DNA of 64,000 bases from Strigamia acuminata. Its lineage: Eukaryota. The stretch covers positions 25,110,001-25,174,000 of the forward strand of contig OX442314.1 in the NCBI GenBank assembly GCA_949358305.1. The letters are read 5' to 3'. The translations under genes were made by a program, and so were the position numbers. The notes beneath the pieces are model-generated. The model saw only the letters and a list, made by a program, of their open reading frames with translations, did no database searches and had not been told where the DNA came from. Positions 48,344 to 57,824 of this stretch are shown here, piece by piece (positions within the stretch are counted from its first letter, which is position 1; every line of letters begins with the position of its first letter).

Positions 48344-48590
48344 TTTTTGATTTAATTAGTTGGTTGCGATTTTTGTCAAGCACCTGTTTGTCGTCGTGAC
48401 AGAACGCGGAGTGCAAAGTTGAAAGGGTAGTCGAGGTTAAGTATCTTGATTGGCTTTCGTATGTAATACGTAGTTGATTGTTGGAGTCTCCTTGTGATTG
48501 TTTTTGTCTCTAGGAGGTCGGGGTAATTACGTCATATTGTTTTGTCGCTTTTGATTGGTTATGCCAACCATTTTGGATTTTGTTGCTTTA

Positions 48591-51500
48591 TCATGTCCTC
48601 CCGGCGATTTTACCGTCCTTTATAAACGGGTTTGGTACCTTTTTTCTTGTACTTTGTCGTATTATAGGTTTCGGTATTTTACTTCTCGATCGTGTGGATC
48701 TTTTAGTAATCTCTTTTTCTTTTTCAGGAGTTTTAGGAGTTTTTTCGTTAACTGCTGCTTCCTCCCCTCCTAAATTTCCATCTGGGGCGCTAGTTAGTTC
48801 GGCGCTGTCTGGAGTTGCGTGAGTCGTATTTTCGTTCAAGTCTGAAACAGTGGCGATGTCGTCGAACATATCTCGTATTGTGGGCGATGGAGATGGCTGC
48901 GTTTGGTCCTCGGCCCATTCTTCTTGTGGAAATTCCGGCAAGTAAGGCGTCAGTTCTCGAGCGTGGATTGATCGAAAATTTACATTATCGGCCAAACGTT
49001 GCAGAGAAAATGCGTTCCCGCCGTGGGCCTTGGTAATTACGTATGGGCCGTCTCGTTTGTCGGCTAAGCCGGCATGAATCCCTTTATCTGCACTGGATAA
49101 AATGTGAGTGTCCTTCCATACGAGATCGTTGATTTTGAAATTACAAAATTGTGTGTTCTTTTCAGACTTTTTCACTCGTTCGCGCATGTCAAACACATGT
49201 GACATCATATGTTGGTAGGTTGCCGAAATTGCTTGTTCTAGTTGATGTACGTAAATGTGAGGATTTTTTGGATCGACTTTTCGAATTCCTTCTGGGATGC
49301 GTGGATCCCAGGGCACTCGTAGCTCTCGAGCGAAGTTGAGATAAGCCGGGGAAAAGCCGCGGTTTCTCGAAATGGTCGTTCGGATGCTAAATGCTATTTC
49401 TTTAAGGAACTCGTCCCACTTGGAATGTACGTCTGTGAAAATAGCAAGCGCATATTTTATGTCGCGGTTGAGTCGCTCCACAGGATTAGCCCGTGGGTTA
49501 TACGTTGAAGTAAATGATGGTTGAATGTCGAATTGATTGCAGAAATCCTTGTATAACCTTGATGCGAATTGTGGGCCATTATCGGAAATTAATTTCCGCG
49601 GGAAGCCAAAATGTAACGCGACTTCGTAGAGGCACTGGATTATTTTCTGCTTAGTCGGGTGGGCCATCGGATACATCGGATACAACTCTGGCCATCCTGT
49701 TGCGACATCCATGATCACGAGTATGTATTTGTGGCTATTTGCACTTGTTATCTTAGGACCCATAAGGTCTACGCTCCAACAATCAAAGGGGGCGAACGGT
49801 CCAAGTGATAAATTCTCGTAGTTAGCCTTATTCCGAGGCTTGCAGGCTTGGCATCGTGGACAGTGTCGTATGAATCGTACGATGTCCCTTCTCATTTCGG
49901 GCCAATAGTACAGTTGACTGGCTCGATAGAGAGTCCTTGCCACGCCGGCGTGTCCGGCTAGAGGGTGGCCGTGTACCATCCACAGAATTTGTGTTCGAAC
50001 TTTTCTCGGAATTACGACTTTAATTGAACTCCCTGACTCTGTCAAGTCGTCCCGAAAGTTCGGATGGTACTTTAAAAGTAGGCCATCGTCTATCAGATAA
50101 GCGGAAGCCTTAATTTTGAACTCTTCTCTGGATTCTTCGCTGTAGACGTCGCTAGGGAAAGTCTCGTTGGTCAAGTAGTCATAGAACCTTTTACAGAAGG
50201 CGGTGTCGTTCTTCTGAGCTTCGATGAGTTCCTCGCGAGTAGGTGGGACACAGTTCGTGCCTTTACTCACGTGTGTAACGAAAGCTCGCACAAATTTATC
50301 CGAGATTCTGGGTTGGATGGATAAGTCGTAATTTGGTCTGGCATCTTTTGCCGATTGATACGCCCTCATCCAATATCCGACGTATTTTTCATCGGAAGAT
50401 TCCAACTTTTCTTTCGGCAGTTCATTCTGTTTTCTGAATTCCCACTTCCTGATCGGGGTGGGACAGTAAGCTATCCGAGAATCGTCGTCGCCGTCGTCGT
50501 CTGGCTCGTCGGGTTCTGAGGCGGGAGCTCTAGAGAGCGCGTCGGCGACTGTGTTGTACTTCCCTGGTTTATATTCGATTTGTAAGTCGTAAGCCATGAG
50601 CTCTAATTGCCATCGAGCCATCCGACCCGACGGTTCTTTAAGGCCCATGAACCACCTCAGTGCTTGATGGTCAGTCTGGACGGTAAATTTTGTGAATTCG
50701 AGGTAAGGCCTGAATTTACGGACTGCCCATACGATTGCCAAGCATTCGAGCTCTGTTGCTGAGTAATTTTTCTCGGCGGCCTGAATTTTCCGGCTGATAA
50801 AGATCGTGGGTACTTCTTGATGTATGCCGTCGATTTCGTGCATTTGCATCAACGCAGCCCCCAATCCGATTTTACTCGCATCCGTATGTAAGATAAATTC
50901 GCGATTCAAGTCGGGAAGAGGGATGGTTTTGGTGTCGATTAGCATTTGTTTGATTTTGTCAAACGCTGCTTCGCAATGGCTGGTCCAGTTAAATTTGATT
51001 TCGGGGTCTTTCGGCGGGTCCTCCTTTGGATTTATTTTCTGGACAGTCTTTAAAAGATCGGTGATTGGGGCCGCGACTTCCGCTAAATGTGGCAGGAGTC
51101 GGCCGAAGAAATTTACCATTCCTAAAAAACGTTGTACCCCTTTCACGTCCGTAGGTGCTGGAAAATCGGTGATTGCTCGTACTTTCTTTGGGTCTATGGA
51201 TAAGCCATTGACTCCAACTTTGTATCCAAGAAACGCAAGTTCTTTTCGGCAAAACTGGCTCTTTCCGGGGTGTATGTGGAGTCCGGCCTTTGCTAAACGA
51301 CGTATTACTTCGTCGATATGTCCGATGTGTTCGTCAAAAGTCTGGGAAACAATAATAATATCGTCCAGGTAAGCCCAGGCGTATTTATGTAGCGCGTCGC
51401 CCAAAACCTTCTCGATTAATCGTTGAAATGTTGCCGGGGCATTTACTAGGCCAAATGGCATGACATTAAACATTAATCTGCCCATCGGGGACCAGAAAGC

Positions 51501-53027
51501 GGTTTTTTCTTTGTCTTCGGCACGGAGTTCGACCTGCCAATATCCTTTCGACAGATCCATCGTTGTTACCCATTTAAATGGGGCTAATTCTCGAAGAATA
51601 GCTTCGATTGATGGCATCTGGACGGGGTCGATAACGGTAATGGCGTTTAGAGGTCGATAATCGATACACAGTCTGGGTTCCGATCCTGCACGCATGACGA
51701 GCACGATTCTCATCGCATATTCTCCTAATGCCTCGGACACTATCCCCTTGTCCAGCAAGTCTTGACAGATCGTCTTGACGATTTCGCGTTTTTGGGGGTT
51801 CATGCCCTTGAATGGAACTCGTACTGGCTTATCCGTACTTAATTCTATTTCGTGTTTTACGTAATTTGTCTTTCCCGGTTCTTTAGTCAGGATTTTTCGA
51901 TGTTTTTGTAGCATTTCTTCAAGTAATTTAGTCTGGGTTTCTCCTAGGTTCGCGTCCATGGCCAAATTGTGAGCCAAATTTCCTTCTTGGAGTCGGGCGT
52001 TAAAAGATTTGAAATCGTAATCTTGTACGAATTGCTTCAAATTTCCGCCTTTCCATTCGTCCTCTTCGTCGTTTGAATCTAGGAGTTCGGTAGGTACTGT
52101 CATTAGTCGGGGGTCCTCGCGTTTATCGATATAGTTCCAGGACCTCGTTATGGGGTTGGGCTGGATCTCCATTATGGCCATGATGTCCATACCCAAGAGT
52201 AGGACCGTGTCGTAGGTTGGTAAAACGATGAAAGGATGGGTTATTACGCCTCCCTCCCATATGACTTTTGTTGTCAGTACCCCTACTGGACGCACTTCTC
52301 CAGCAGCGGTTTTTACGGCCACATTTTCGCTTATTCCCCGTAGTTTGTCGCGTTGTTTTTTGTCCAATGACTCGTATAGATCTGAAGAGATAAAGGACCG
52401 GTCGGCTCCCGAATCCAACAAACCGATGAATTTTTTGTCGTTAAACTTGATTGTTAACATTGCGAGTGAGTCCTTCCGCTCTTTAGCCAAATTACAATGT
52501 AAAATGCGTTTCTTTCGAGGTGGGGCCTCCTCGTAGGCGTGAGGTAATTCTTGGAATGTTTCGGCTATTTTTTCGCCGTCCGCCGTATTAGTGGTTGGGC
52601 CACTATATTCGCGTTTTTCTGTGGTGAAGTAAGCCGTAGCAAAATAAACGACCTTTTTCTGTAATTCTTTTATTTGTTTTTCTAACCAATTGGTGTTTAT
52701 CCATTTGGCTTTTAATTCGTCTTCCGAACTTGAGTCGCTAATTTCTTTATTATTTGTTTCAATTTCTTTCGATTTTTTCTCTTTTAATTTGAGTTTTAAT
52801 TTGACTACTTCTTCCGTAATTACTTCGTTAATTGCCTGGTTAATTGTCGTATTCGTGGTAAATTTTGGGGTTTGGTCTTCCGGGCGTGCAGACAGATTTA
52901 TTATTTTTTCTCTGTCTGCTTTAACCAGTTTTTTGTCAGTTCTTCGAATTTGGCTGTTAGCTTTTCTAACAATGCGTCGTTTTTGGCGGCTTCCTTCTCC
53001 TCCTTCCTCTTTTTTCGTTTTGGACAA
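48591..53027 (-). CDS. pol: Pol polyprotein (protease, RT, RNase H, integrase), expressed by -1 frameshift
   Basis: LLDSGAD; LCIDYRPLN, DLSKGYWQ, MPFGL, YLDD; TDAS, ELE, TDHQAL; H-X6-H...CPRC; VDLMG/SDNG/VER; GPY motif; uninterrupted. Confidence 0.97.
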   Translation of the reverse strand: MSKTKKEEGGEGSRQKRRIVRKANSQIRRTDKKLVKADREKIINLSARPEDQTPKFTTNTTINQAINEVITEEVVKLKLKLKEKKSKEIETNNKEISDSSSEDELKAKWINTNWLEKQIKELQKKVVYFATAYFTTEKREYSGPTTNTADGEKIAETFQELPHAYEEAPPRKKRILHCNLAKERKDSLAMLTIKFNDKKFIGLLDSGADRSFISSDLYESLDKKQRDKLRGISENVAVKTAAGEVRPVGVLTTKVIWEGGVITHPFIVLPTYDTVLLLGMDIMAIMEIQPNPITRSWNYIDKREDPRLMTVPTELLDSNDEEDEWKGGNLKQFVQDYDFKSFNARLQEGNLAHNLAMDANLGETQTKLLEEMLQKHRKILTKEPGKTNYVKHEIELSTDKPVRVPFKGMNPQKREIVKTICQDLLDKGIVSEALGEYAMRIVLVMRAGSEPRLCIDYRPLNAITVIDPVQMPSIEAILRELAPFKWVTTMDLSKGYWQVELRAEDKEKTAFWSPMGRLMFNVMPFGLVNAPATFQRLIEKVLGDALHKYAWAYLDDIIIVSQTFDEHIGHIDEVIRRLAKAGLHIHPGKSQFCRKELAFLGYKVGVNGLSIDPKKVRAITDFPAPTDVKGVQRFLGMVNFFGRLLPHLAEVAAPITDLLKTVQKINPKEDPPKDPEIKFNWTSHCEAAFDKIKQMLIDTKTIPLPDLNREFILHTDASKIGLGAALMQMHEIDGIHQEVPTIFISRKIQAAEKNYSATELECLAIVWAVRKFRPYLEFTKFTVQTDHQALRWFMGLKEPSGRMARWQLELMAYDLQIEYKPGKYNTVADALSRAPASEPDEPDDDGDDDSRIAYCPTPIRKWEFRKQNELPKEKLESSDEKYVGYWMRAYQSAKDARPNYDLSIQPRISDKFVRAFVTHVSKGTNCVPPTREELIEAQKNDTAFCKRFYDYLTNETFPSDVYSEESREEFKIKASAYLIDDGLLLKYHPNFRDDLTESGSSIKVVIPRKVRTQILWMVHGHPLAGHAGVARTLYRASQLYYWPEMRRDIVRFIRHCPRCQACKPRNKANYENLSLGPFAPFDCWSVDLMGPKITSANSHKYILVIMDVATGWPELYPMYPMAHPTKQKIIQCLYEVALHFGFPRKLISDNGPQFASRLYKDFCNQFDIQPSFTSTYNPRANPVERLNRDIKYALAIFTDVHSKWDEFLKEIAFSIRTTISRNRGFSPAYLNFARELRVPWDPRIPEGIRKVDPKNPHIYVHQLEQAISATYQHMMSHVFDMRERVKKSEKNTQFCNFKINDLVWKDTHILSSADKGIHAGLADKRDGPYVITKAHGGNAFSLQRLADNVNFRSIHARELTPYLPEFPQEEWAEDQTQPSPSPTIRDMFDDIATVSDLNENTTHATPDSAELTSAPDGNLGGEEAAVNEKTPKTPEKEKEITKRSTRSRSKIPKPIIRQSTRKKVPNPFIKDGKIAGRT
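52888..52934 (-). promoter_or_regulatory. Programmed -1 ribosomal frameshift signal
   Basis: A_AAA_AAC in the gag frame (52934-52928), 8-nt spacer, 9-bp stem GCAGACAGA/TCTGTCTGC; pol lies in the -1 frame. Confidence 0.85.
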
Positions 53028-55441
53028 TCTCTTCTCCAGTGTCCCACCTCGTTACAGTAATTACAAGGTTTTGTGGTGGAGTTATCTGTTTTCGGGTACG
53101 GTCGTCTCACGAACTCTTTTTTCTCGTAGGGTTTTTCGCTTTTTGGGTTGTGGTGCTCCGTTTTATTCGCGGTCTTCATTCGGGGTCGGTAGCTGGGGGC
53201 GATTTCTTTCCCCATGTTAGCGTGGAGAATCTCTTCTTCTTGTTGGCTATCGCTGGTATCCCCTCCTGAGTTTTGCTCGGAGTTATTTTCTTCACTTTCC
53301 CTCCCTTCTTCGAGATTAGTTGCGTCGGAGTTCGTACTGGCTCTGTAAGCTTTTGGAGCCGGTATTGGGTTCGAGGCGGTTTTATCGTTCGCCTTTTTCT
53401 GGGGTGCGGCCTCGATTTCTCCGTTTAGGAAGCTACGCGACTGGATTAGTCTCCCTGCGTCATGATTTTTCGCATGAATCCGTTGTATGCGGAGCTGCGT
53501 TTGTGTTCTTTGCTCGGGCGTCAGGGCTTCCGTATAACGGTCGTCCACTTCTTCGTGATACTCGTTTACAAATTTCAATAGTTGTTCGAAACTGTCGGCT
53601 GTCGGCGCGTTCATGTCTCTCAGTACTTTCTTCGAAGTGTCGTTTAATCCCTTTTCGAAGATTACGTTCTGTGCATATTCGTCGAGTGGCGTATCCAACT
53701 CGTTGAACAGACTTTTGGCTCGTCGGAAGTAGGCTCGTAATTCTTCTCCTGTGGCTTGCTGCATGAGACTGACTCTCTGCCTAATTTCTTTTTGCGTCTC
53801 GCCGTACTGACTGTTGAAAGCGACGACAAATTGCTCCCAAGTTTTCAATTTTGCTTCCACGTACCAGGCTCGAGCTTCCCCTACTAACATTTCTGGCAAC
53901 CCCTTCGCCACCATCTCGTCGGGTTCGGCTCCGAGCCGCGAAATGGTGAGTGCCACTTCGTCGAGGAATTTATTCCCGGCTCTCCAAGTCCCGTCGAATC
54001 TCATTAGCCGCAGCTGTGACCATTTTATGTTTCGGTCTTTTTGTTCTAAGGCCCATTGATCGGCAGAATACTTTCGAAGAAGGCTCTCGTTCTGCCTTGG
54101 TCGATTTCTTAGATTTCGGTTTTGATTGATTTGGGAGTCGGCGCGTGCCCGCTCCTCGAGTGCTCTCAATCTAGCTTCCATTATGGGATCGGCTTGGTAT
54201 TGGTTCCCACAGTTCGGGGACGCGGCTCCGTTTTGTGGCGCGAATCGGTTGAAATTGTCGCTGGCTGAGTTTGGGTCAGTCAAGGTCGGTGTTGTCGAGT
54301 TTAGCTGAGACTCGGTCAGTCGCGTTCCGGGGGGGAAAATTCCATTTATGGCTGTTCCATTTAGGACCCCGTTCTTCTGTCCGATCAAAATTGTCGACTT
54401 TCTTCCGCCGTAGAGTTGCGATTTTAGTCTTGCGGCTTCTCGGTCGGCTTCGTTGGCGGCTTGTATTTTAATTCTTTCCGCCTCGTTTGCTGCGTCGACG
54501 TTGGCTTGTACCGTCTGGATATCTTCGAGGCTTGGCATTGCCAACCTGTTCCGTCCTTGCTGGTTTCTTAGCTGATTTTGTTGATTTATCAGTCTAATCA
54601 TCTCTGCGTTAGGATCCTTTGGCGTTTGACTGGTGTGGCCAGCCCTAGTAGCGAAGGATTGTGCGATTGCCCACGACTGTTGACCCTTATTATTTCGGCG
54701 ATCCTGTTGGAAAGCTTCCAGAAATTCGTTCTGGATTTCGACTGGCTCGTCCACTATACTATCCCATCCTTTAACGTTGATCCCTTTCGAGCTGAGGGAA
54801 TCGGCCTCGCTTTCGTCGTCGGCGTCGGACGTTCGGGTGGAATCGTAGGAGTCCGTCAATTGATTATTTGTTTTTTGACGTTTTACGCTTTTTCGACCCC
54901 TTCTAAGGGCTCGTTTCTCCGCTCGTTCTTTGGCAAGGCGAATGATCATGTTCATCTGTGCCAGCGGGTCCCCTTCTTCATCGTAAGGGATTCCCTCCAG
55001 TCGAGCGAGTTCATACGCTTCCTTACAGCTATCGATTTGGGATTTCTTCGAATTATAACCGTGCGTGATCGTGATACGATTACTCTGGTGATTATCCCGA
55101 TTGTCGAATAGGTTATACCCGTTCTGACTTTGTCCGGATTCTTCCTCCTCTTCTTCGACTTCTTCTTCGATTCGCTGATTTATCGGCGTTTTATTGGTTG
55201 GGTTTTTGCTAGCGGGTACTTTACTAGCCGGCGTTTTTTCGGTCGGCACATTCTCGGGTGGTTTTTCCGCGTGGTTTTCGTTGACTGGTGTATTTCCAGT
55301 CGTTTTTTCCCTCGTCGGCTCCGGTGGCTGCTTTTCTAACGCTGGACTAGCTAATGCTTCGGCCCTTGCCTTGGCGGATTCCATGGCTTTTCTTCGGGCG
55401 CTTGCGGTTGAAGGGTTTCGATTTTTCCCGCTTTTCGTCAT
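52901..55441 (-). CDS. gag: Gag (~846 aa from ATG 55441): long disordered N-terminus, capsid-like domain, CCHC knuckle
   Basis: GEARAWY...TWEQFVVAF...Q..GEELRAYFRR; CNYCNEVGHWRRDC. Confidence 0.93.
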   Translation of the reverse strand: MTKSGKNRNPSTASARRKAMESAKARAEALASPALEKQPPEPTREKTTGNTPVNENHAEKPPENVPTEKTPASKVPASKNPTNKTPINQRIEEEVEEEEEESGQSQNGYNLFDNRDNHQSNRITITHGYNSKKSQIDSCKEAYELARLEGIPYDEEGDPLAQMNMIIRLAKERAEKRALRRGRKSVKRQKTNNQLTDSYDSTRTSDADDESEADSLSSKGINVKGWDSIVDEPVEIQNEFLEAFQQDRRNNKGQQSWAIAQSFATRAGHTSQTPKDPNAEMIRLINQQNQLRNQQGRNRLAMPSLEDIQTVQANVDAANEAERIKIQAANEADREAARLKSQLYGGRKSTILIGQKNGVLNGTAINGIFPPGTRLTESQLNSTTPTLTDPNSASDNFNRFAPQNGAASPNCGNQYQADPIMEARLRALEERARADSQINQNRNLRNRPRQNESLLRKYSADQWALEQKDRNIKWSQLRLMRFDGTWRAGNKFLDEVALTISRLGAEPDEMVAKGLPEMLVGEARAWYVEAKLKTWEQFVVAFNSQYGETQKEIRQRVSLMQQATGEELRAYFRRAKSLFNELDTPLDEYAQNVIFEKGLNDTSKKVLRDMNAPTADSFEQLLKFVNEYHEEVDDRYTEALTPEQRTQTQLRIQRIHAKNHDAGRLIQSRSFLNGEIEAAPQKKANDKTASNPIPAPKAYRASTNSDATNLEEGRESEENNSEQNSGGDTSDSQQEEEILHANMGKEIAPSYRPRMKTANKTEHHNPKSEKPYEKKEFVRRPYPKTDNSTTKPCNYCNEVGHWRRDCPKRKKRKEEKEAAKNDALLEKLTAKFEELTKNWLKQTEKK

Positions 55442-55506
55442 TTTGATAGTTTGCAAATGTCAAACCGTAAGATATGTTTATTTAAAATAGTCTGATTAGT
55501 CAAACT

Positions 55507-55524
55507 ATCCCGGACAGGCCCCCA
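55507..55524 (-). other. Primer-binding site, tRNA-Pro type
   Basis: TGGGGGCCTGTCCGGGAT, 2 nt after the LTR; 16/18 to the canonical tRNA-Pro PBS TGGGGGCTCGTCCGGGAT. Confidence 0.85.
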
Positions 55525-55526
55525 CG

Positions 55527-56137
55527 TGTCGTAACCTTGGTTCCGGTAAATAAACTTACACAATATCTTACTAATAACACCCTTTATTTCACACTTGTAA
55601 TAATACAATAATAATACTTAACAATGTGGTCTCGGATCCTTGTTGGCGGATACGATTTGTTGCTGCACGGCAGTCTTACACGTGGCTTCTACTGTTGTCT
55701 AGGGTAATGGCGTCTGGCGAAACACGTGTTCGCAAACGCTTCGCTTCGATAGATATTACTATCGTAGTATTGCTACGATAAATATCTGTGACTGTGATTT
55801 ATAGATGAATTTGGCAACGGGCATCGATCCTCTATCAATCCGGTAAAACGGCCTGACGGTGAGGTGGTGATGCTAATGTTGCTCTGGTATCTATAAAGTG
55901 GGGGTTTCCGGTCAGACACGGGTTTAAATAGTGGCTGGACCGGAAATGACGTATTTGCATAAATTCGGGGAATTATGCAAATCTATGACGTTGTCACGTC
56001 AGTCCCGCAGAAACGGTAAAACTAGTATAGCTAGTTTCCCTGCAATAATCTGACAATCATTTTACTATCAATATTAAAATTACTATTTATTAGGTTATGA
56101 TTAATTAAAACACTTTTGTGACCTCGTGGTCACCACA
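55527..56137 (-). repeat. 5' LTR (611 bp)
   Basis: TG...CA; candidate TATA (TATTTAAA, minus) at 55923-55930 with octamer, ETS and CRE-like motifs upstream. Confidence 0.97.
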
Positions 56138-56929
56138 TACTACATTGCAAAATTTTAAGTTTATTAGTGTTTGTTTTTAAGTCATAGGTCAATATTATTT
56201 TGTTATCTATTTCTCGCCATTTTGCACGTGAGGCAGATTAAACATGTGATTTCACATTGCTCTGCAAGCCATCGAGGAGCGGCAGACTGATGGTCACAAC
56301 TCATTGATGGTGAGTTGGAGATGTTGCAGATGTGTAAATGTAAACTGCGTCTAACAGGACAATCCTCTAAACGCAAATCGAAACCAGTGCAAGCAACGGA
56401 AATGGAGACCATAGTGGAATTTATGATGCCACGAAATAACAATAAAAACACAATAAACAAACCACCTCCCAATGTAGTTAGTTCTACGTTACAGCACAGT
56501 TACTACGACTTGAAACACTATGAATTTTTTACCGTTTATTTTAGAATATCCGAAGCTGGTGCATCGTGTATAATTTACGCATATTTTACGGGCCCCCAAA
56601 AATGCAGAAAACTTAAAAAATCAAAAATTTGTACATAAGCAAAAATTAATTTTATTTCGGTTGAAATTTTGTGCATTTTTACAAATACAATACAAATACA
56701 ATACAAATACAAATACAATTCAAATAACAGTCTCCATTTATTTTGATTTCGGCTATTCAAACGATAATGTAATCTTTAAATCGTGTGGTAAATCGACAAA
56801 CGCGCTCTATTTTTTGTTATTTTAATAACGAAAAAACTTCTCACTTATAAGATAAACCTAGATAAACAATTTACAAAAGTTAATTAAACATTAAACATTA
56901 ATTTTGGTTCTCCCCTCCATAAATCGTGT

Positions 56930-56945
56930 GGCTCTAAAAAGAGCC
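56930..56945 (-). terminator. Histone 3' stem-loop of H2A copy 1
   Basis: GGCTCT-TTTT-AGAGCC-ACA followed by purine-rich ATGGAGGGGAGA (HDE-like). Confidence 0.9.
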
Positions 56946-56990
56946 GATCGCTGCATCTTATACAACGAAACCGTATTCTCTTCCAAGCTT

Positions 56991-57374
56991 TTACTTCTTG
57001 TCGGTCTTATCGGTCTTCTTGGGCAAAAGAATGGCCTGAATGTTGGGTATAACGCCACCCTCCGCAATCGTAACACTCGACAACAACTTAGCGAACTCTT
57101 CGTCGTTGCGTATGGCCATCTGGAGGTGTCGAGGAATTATCCGCGACTTCTTGTTGTCTCTCGCGGCGTTTCCAGCTAACTCCATAATTTCGGCCACCAG
57201 ATACTCCAAGACCGCAGCCAAGTAGACCGGAGCTCCAGCACCGATACGATCGGCATACTTTCCCTTGCGGAGTAAACGATGGATTCGACCTACGGGGAAC
57301 GAAAGACCGGCGCGCGAAGACCGCGATTTGCTCTTCGACTTGACACTGATGTTTCCTTTACCTCGACCAGACAT
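56991..57374 (-). CDS. H2A: Histone H2A, divergent, intronless, 127 aa (copy 1)
   Basis: MSGRGK...[22 protein letters not shown]...[14 protein letters not shown]...[15 protein letters not shown]...LLPKKT. Confidence 0.96.
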   Translation of the reverse strand: MSGRGKGNISVKSKSKSRSSRAGLSFPVGRIHRLLRKGKYADRIGAGAPVYLAAVLEYLVAEIMELAGNAARDNKKSRIIPRHLQMAIRNDEEFAKLLSSVTIAEGGVIPNIQAILLPKKTDKTDKK

Positions 57375-57612
57375 GACTGTATATGTATGAAAATCAAATG
57401 CTGAATGACAATCAACCAAATGAAACCGACTTGTGTAGTCAGTTTTGAGATACCTGTGAGCCAATCACAGGCCACACGAGTCCAGAACGATCTTAAAACG
57501 TCACCAACCAATAGTATCGTTGGACCCTACCGGTAGTGGTATTGTCATTTGACTGTTGGACACGTAGGATTTTGATTTTAAAATTGTGTTTTGTTTATTT
57601 TATTAGTTAATC

Positions 57613-57744
57613 ATGGGTTTGGGCAAAAAGAAAAAGCCAGTGGAAATCAACGCAGAAAGCAAAAAGCACTGCATACTCAATTCGAATGTCCGTTTGTAAT
57701 CAACTGTGTAAATGGAGTCTTCAATTGTAAAATGGAATTTCAAG
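57613..57744 (+). pseudogene. ELOF1/Elf1-like zinc-ribbon pseudogene fragment (copy 1)
   Basis: MGLGKKKKP.. then, after frameshifts, RRKQKALHTQFECPF / CNQ and NGVFNCKMEFQ, echoing ELOF1 L.TQF.CPFCNH...G...C..C.E.FQ. Confidence 0.55.
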
Positions 57745-57824
57745 GTGAGACACATCAGTACAGGTTTTCCTTATACTGTAGTTCTTTTCCAATTTGTTCC
57801 AGATATTTAGTTGCACATTTTTTT

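Larger units (their letters stand above)
44731..56137 (-). mobile_element. Full-length Ty3/Gypsy LTR retrotransposon (11.4 kb) with gag, pol and an extra non-env ORF3
   Basis: TG...CA LTRs 44731-45341 and 55527-56137; 4-bp TSD TACT (44727-44730, 56138-56141); PBS, PPT; PR-RT-RH-IN order. Confidence 0.97.
56266..57821 (-). repeat. Left arm of a ~1.6-kb inverted duplication
   Basis: Reverse-complement match to ~60069-61748, with indels in non-coding parts. Confidence 0.92.

Noticed and set aside
46645..55490. Plus-strand ORFs antisense to gag, pol and ORF3
   Set aside because: Typical shadow ORFs of long coding frames, with no motifs
57375..57464. 30-aa N-terminal extension of H2A in the ORF track (also 60434-60523)
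   Set aside because: Starts at a non-ATG codon within the CCAAT box region; canonical MSGRGK begins at 57374 and 60524
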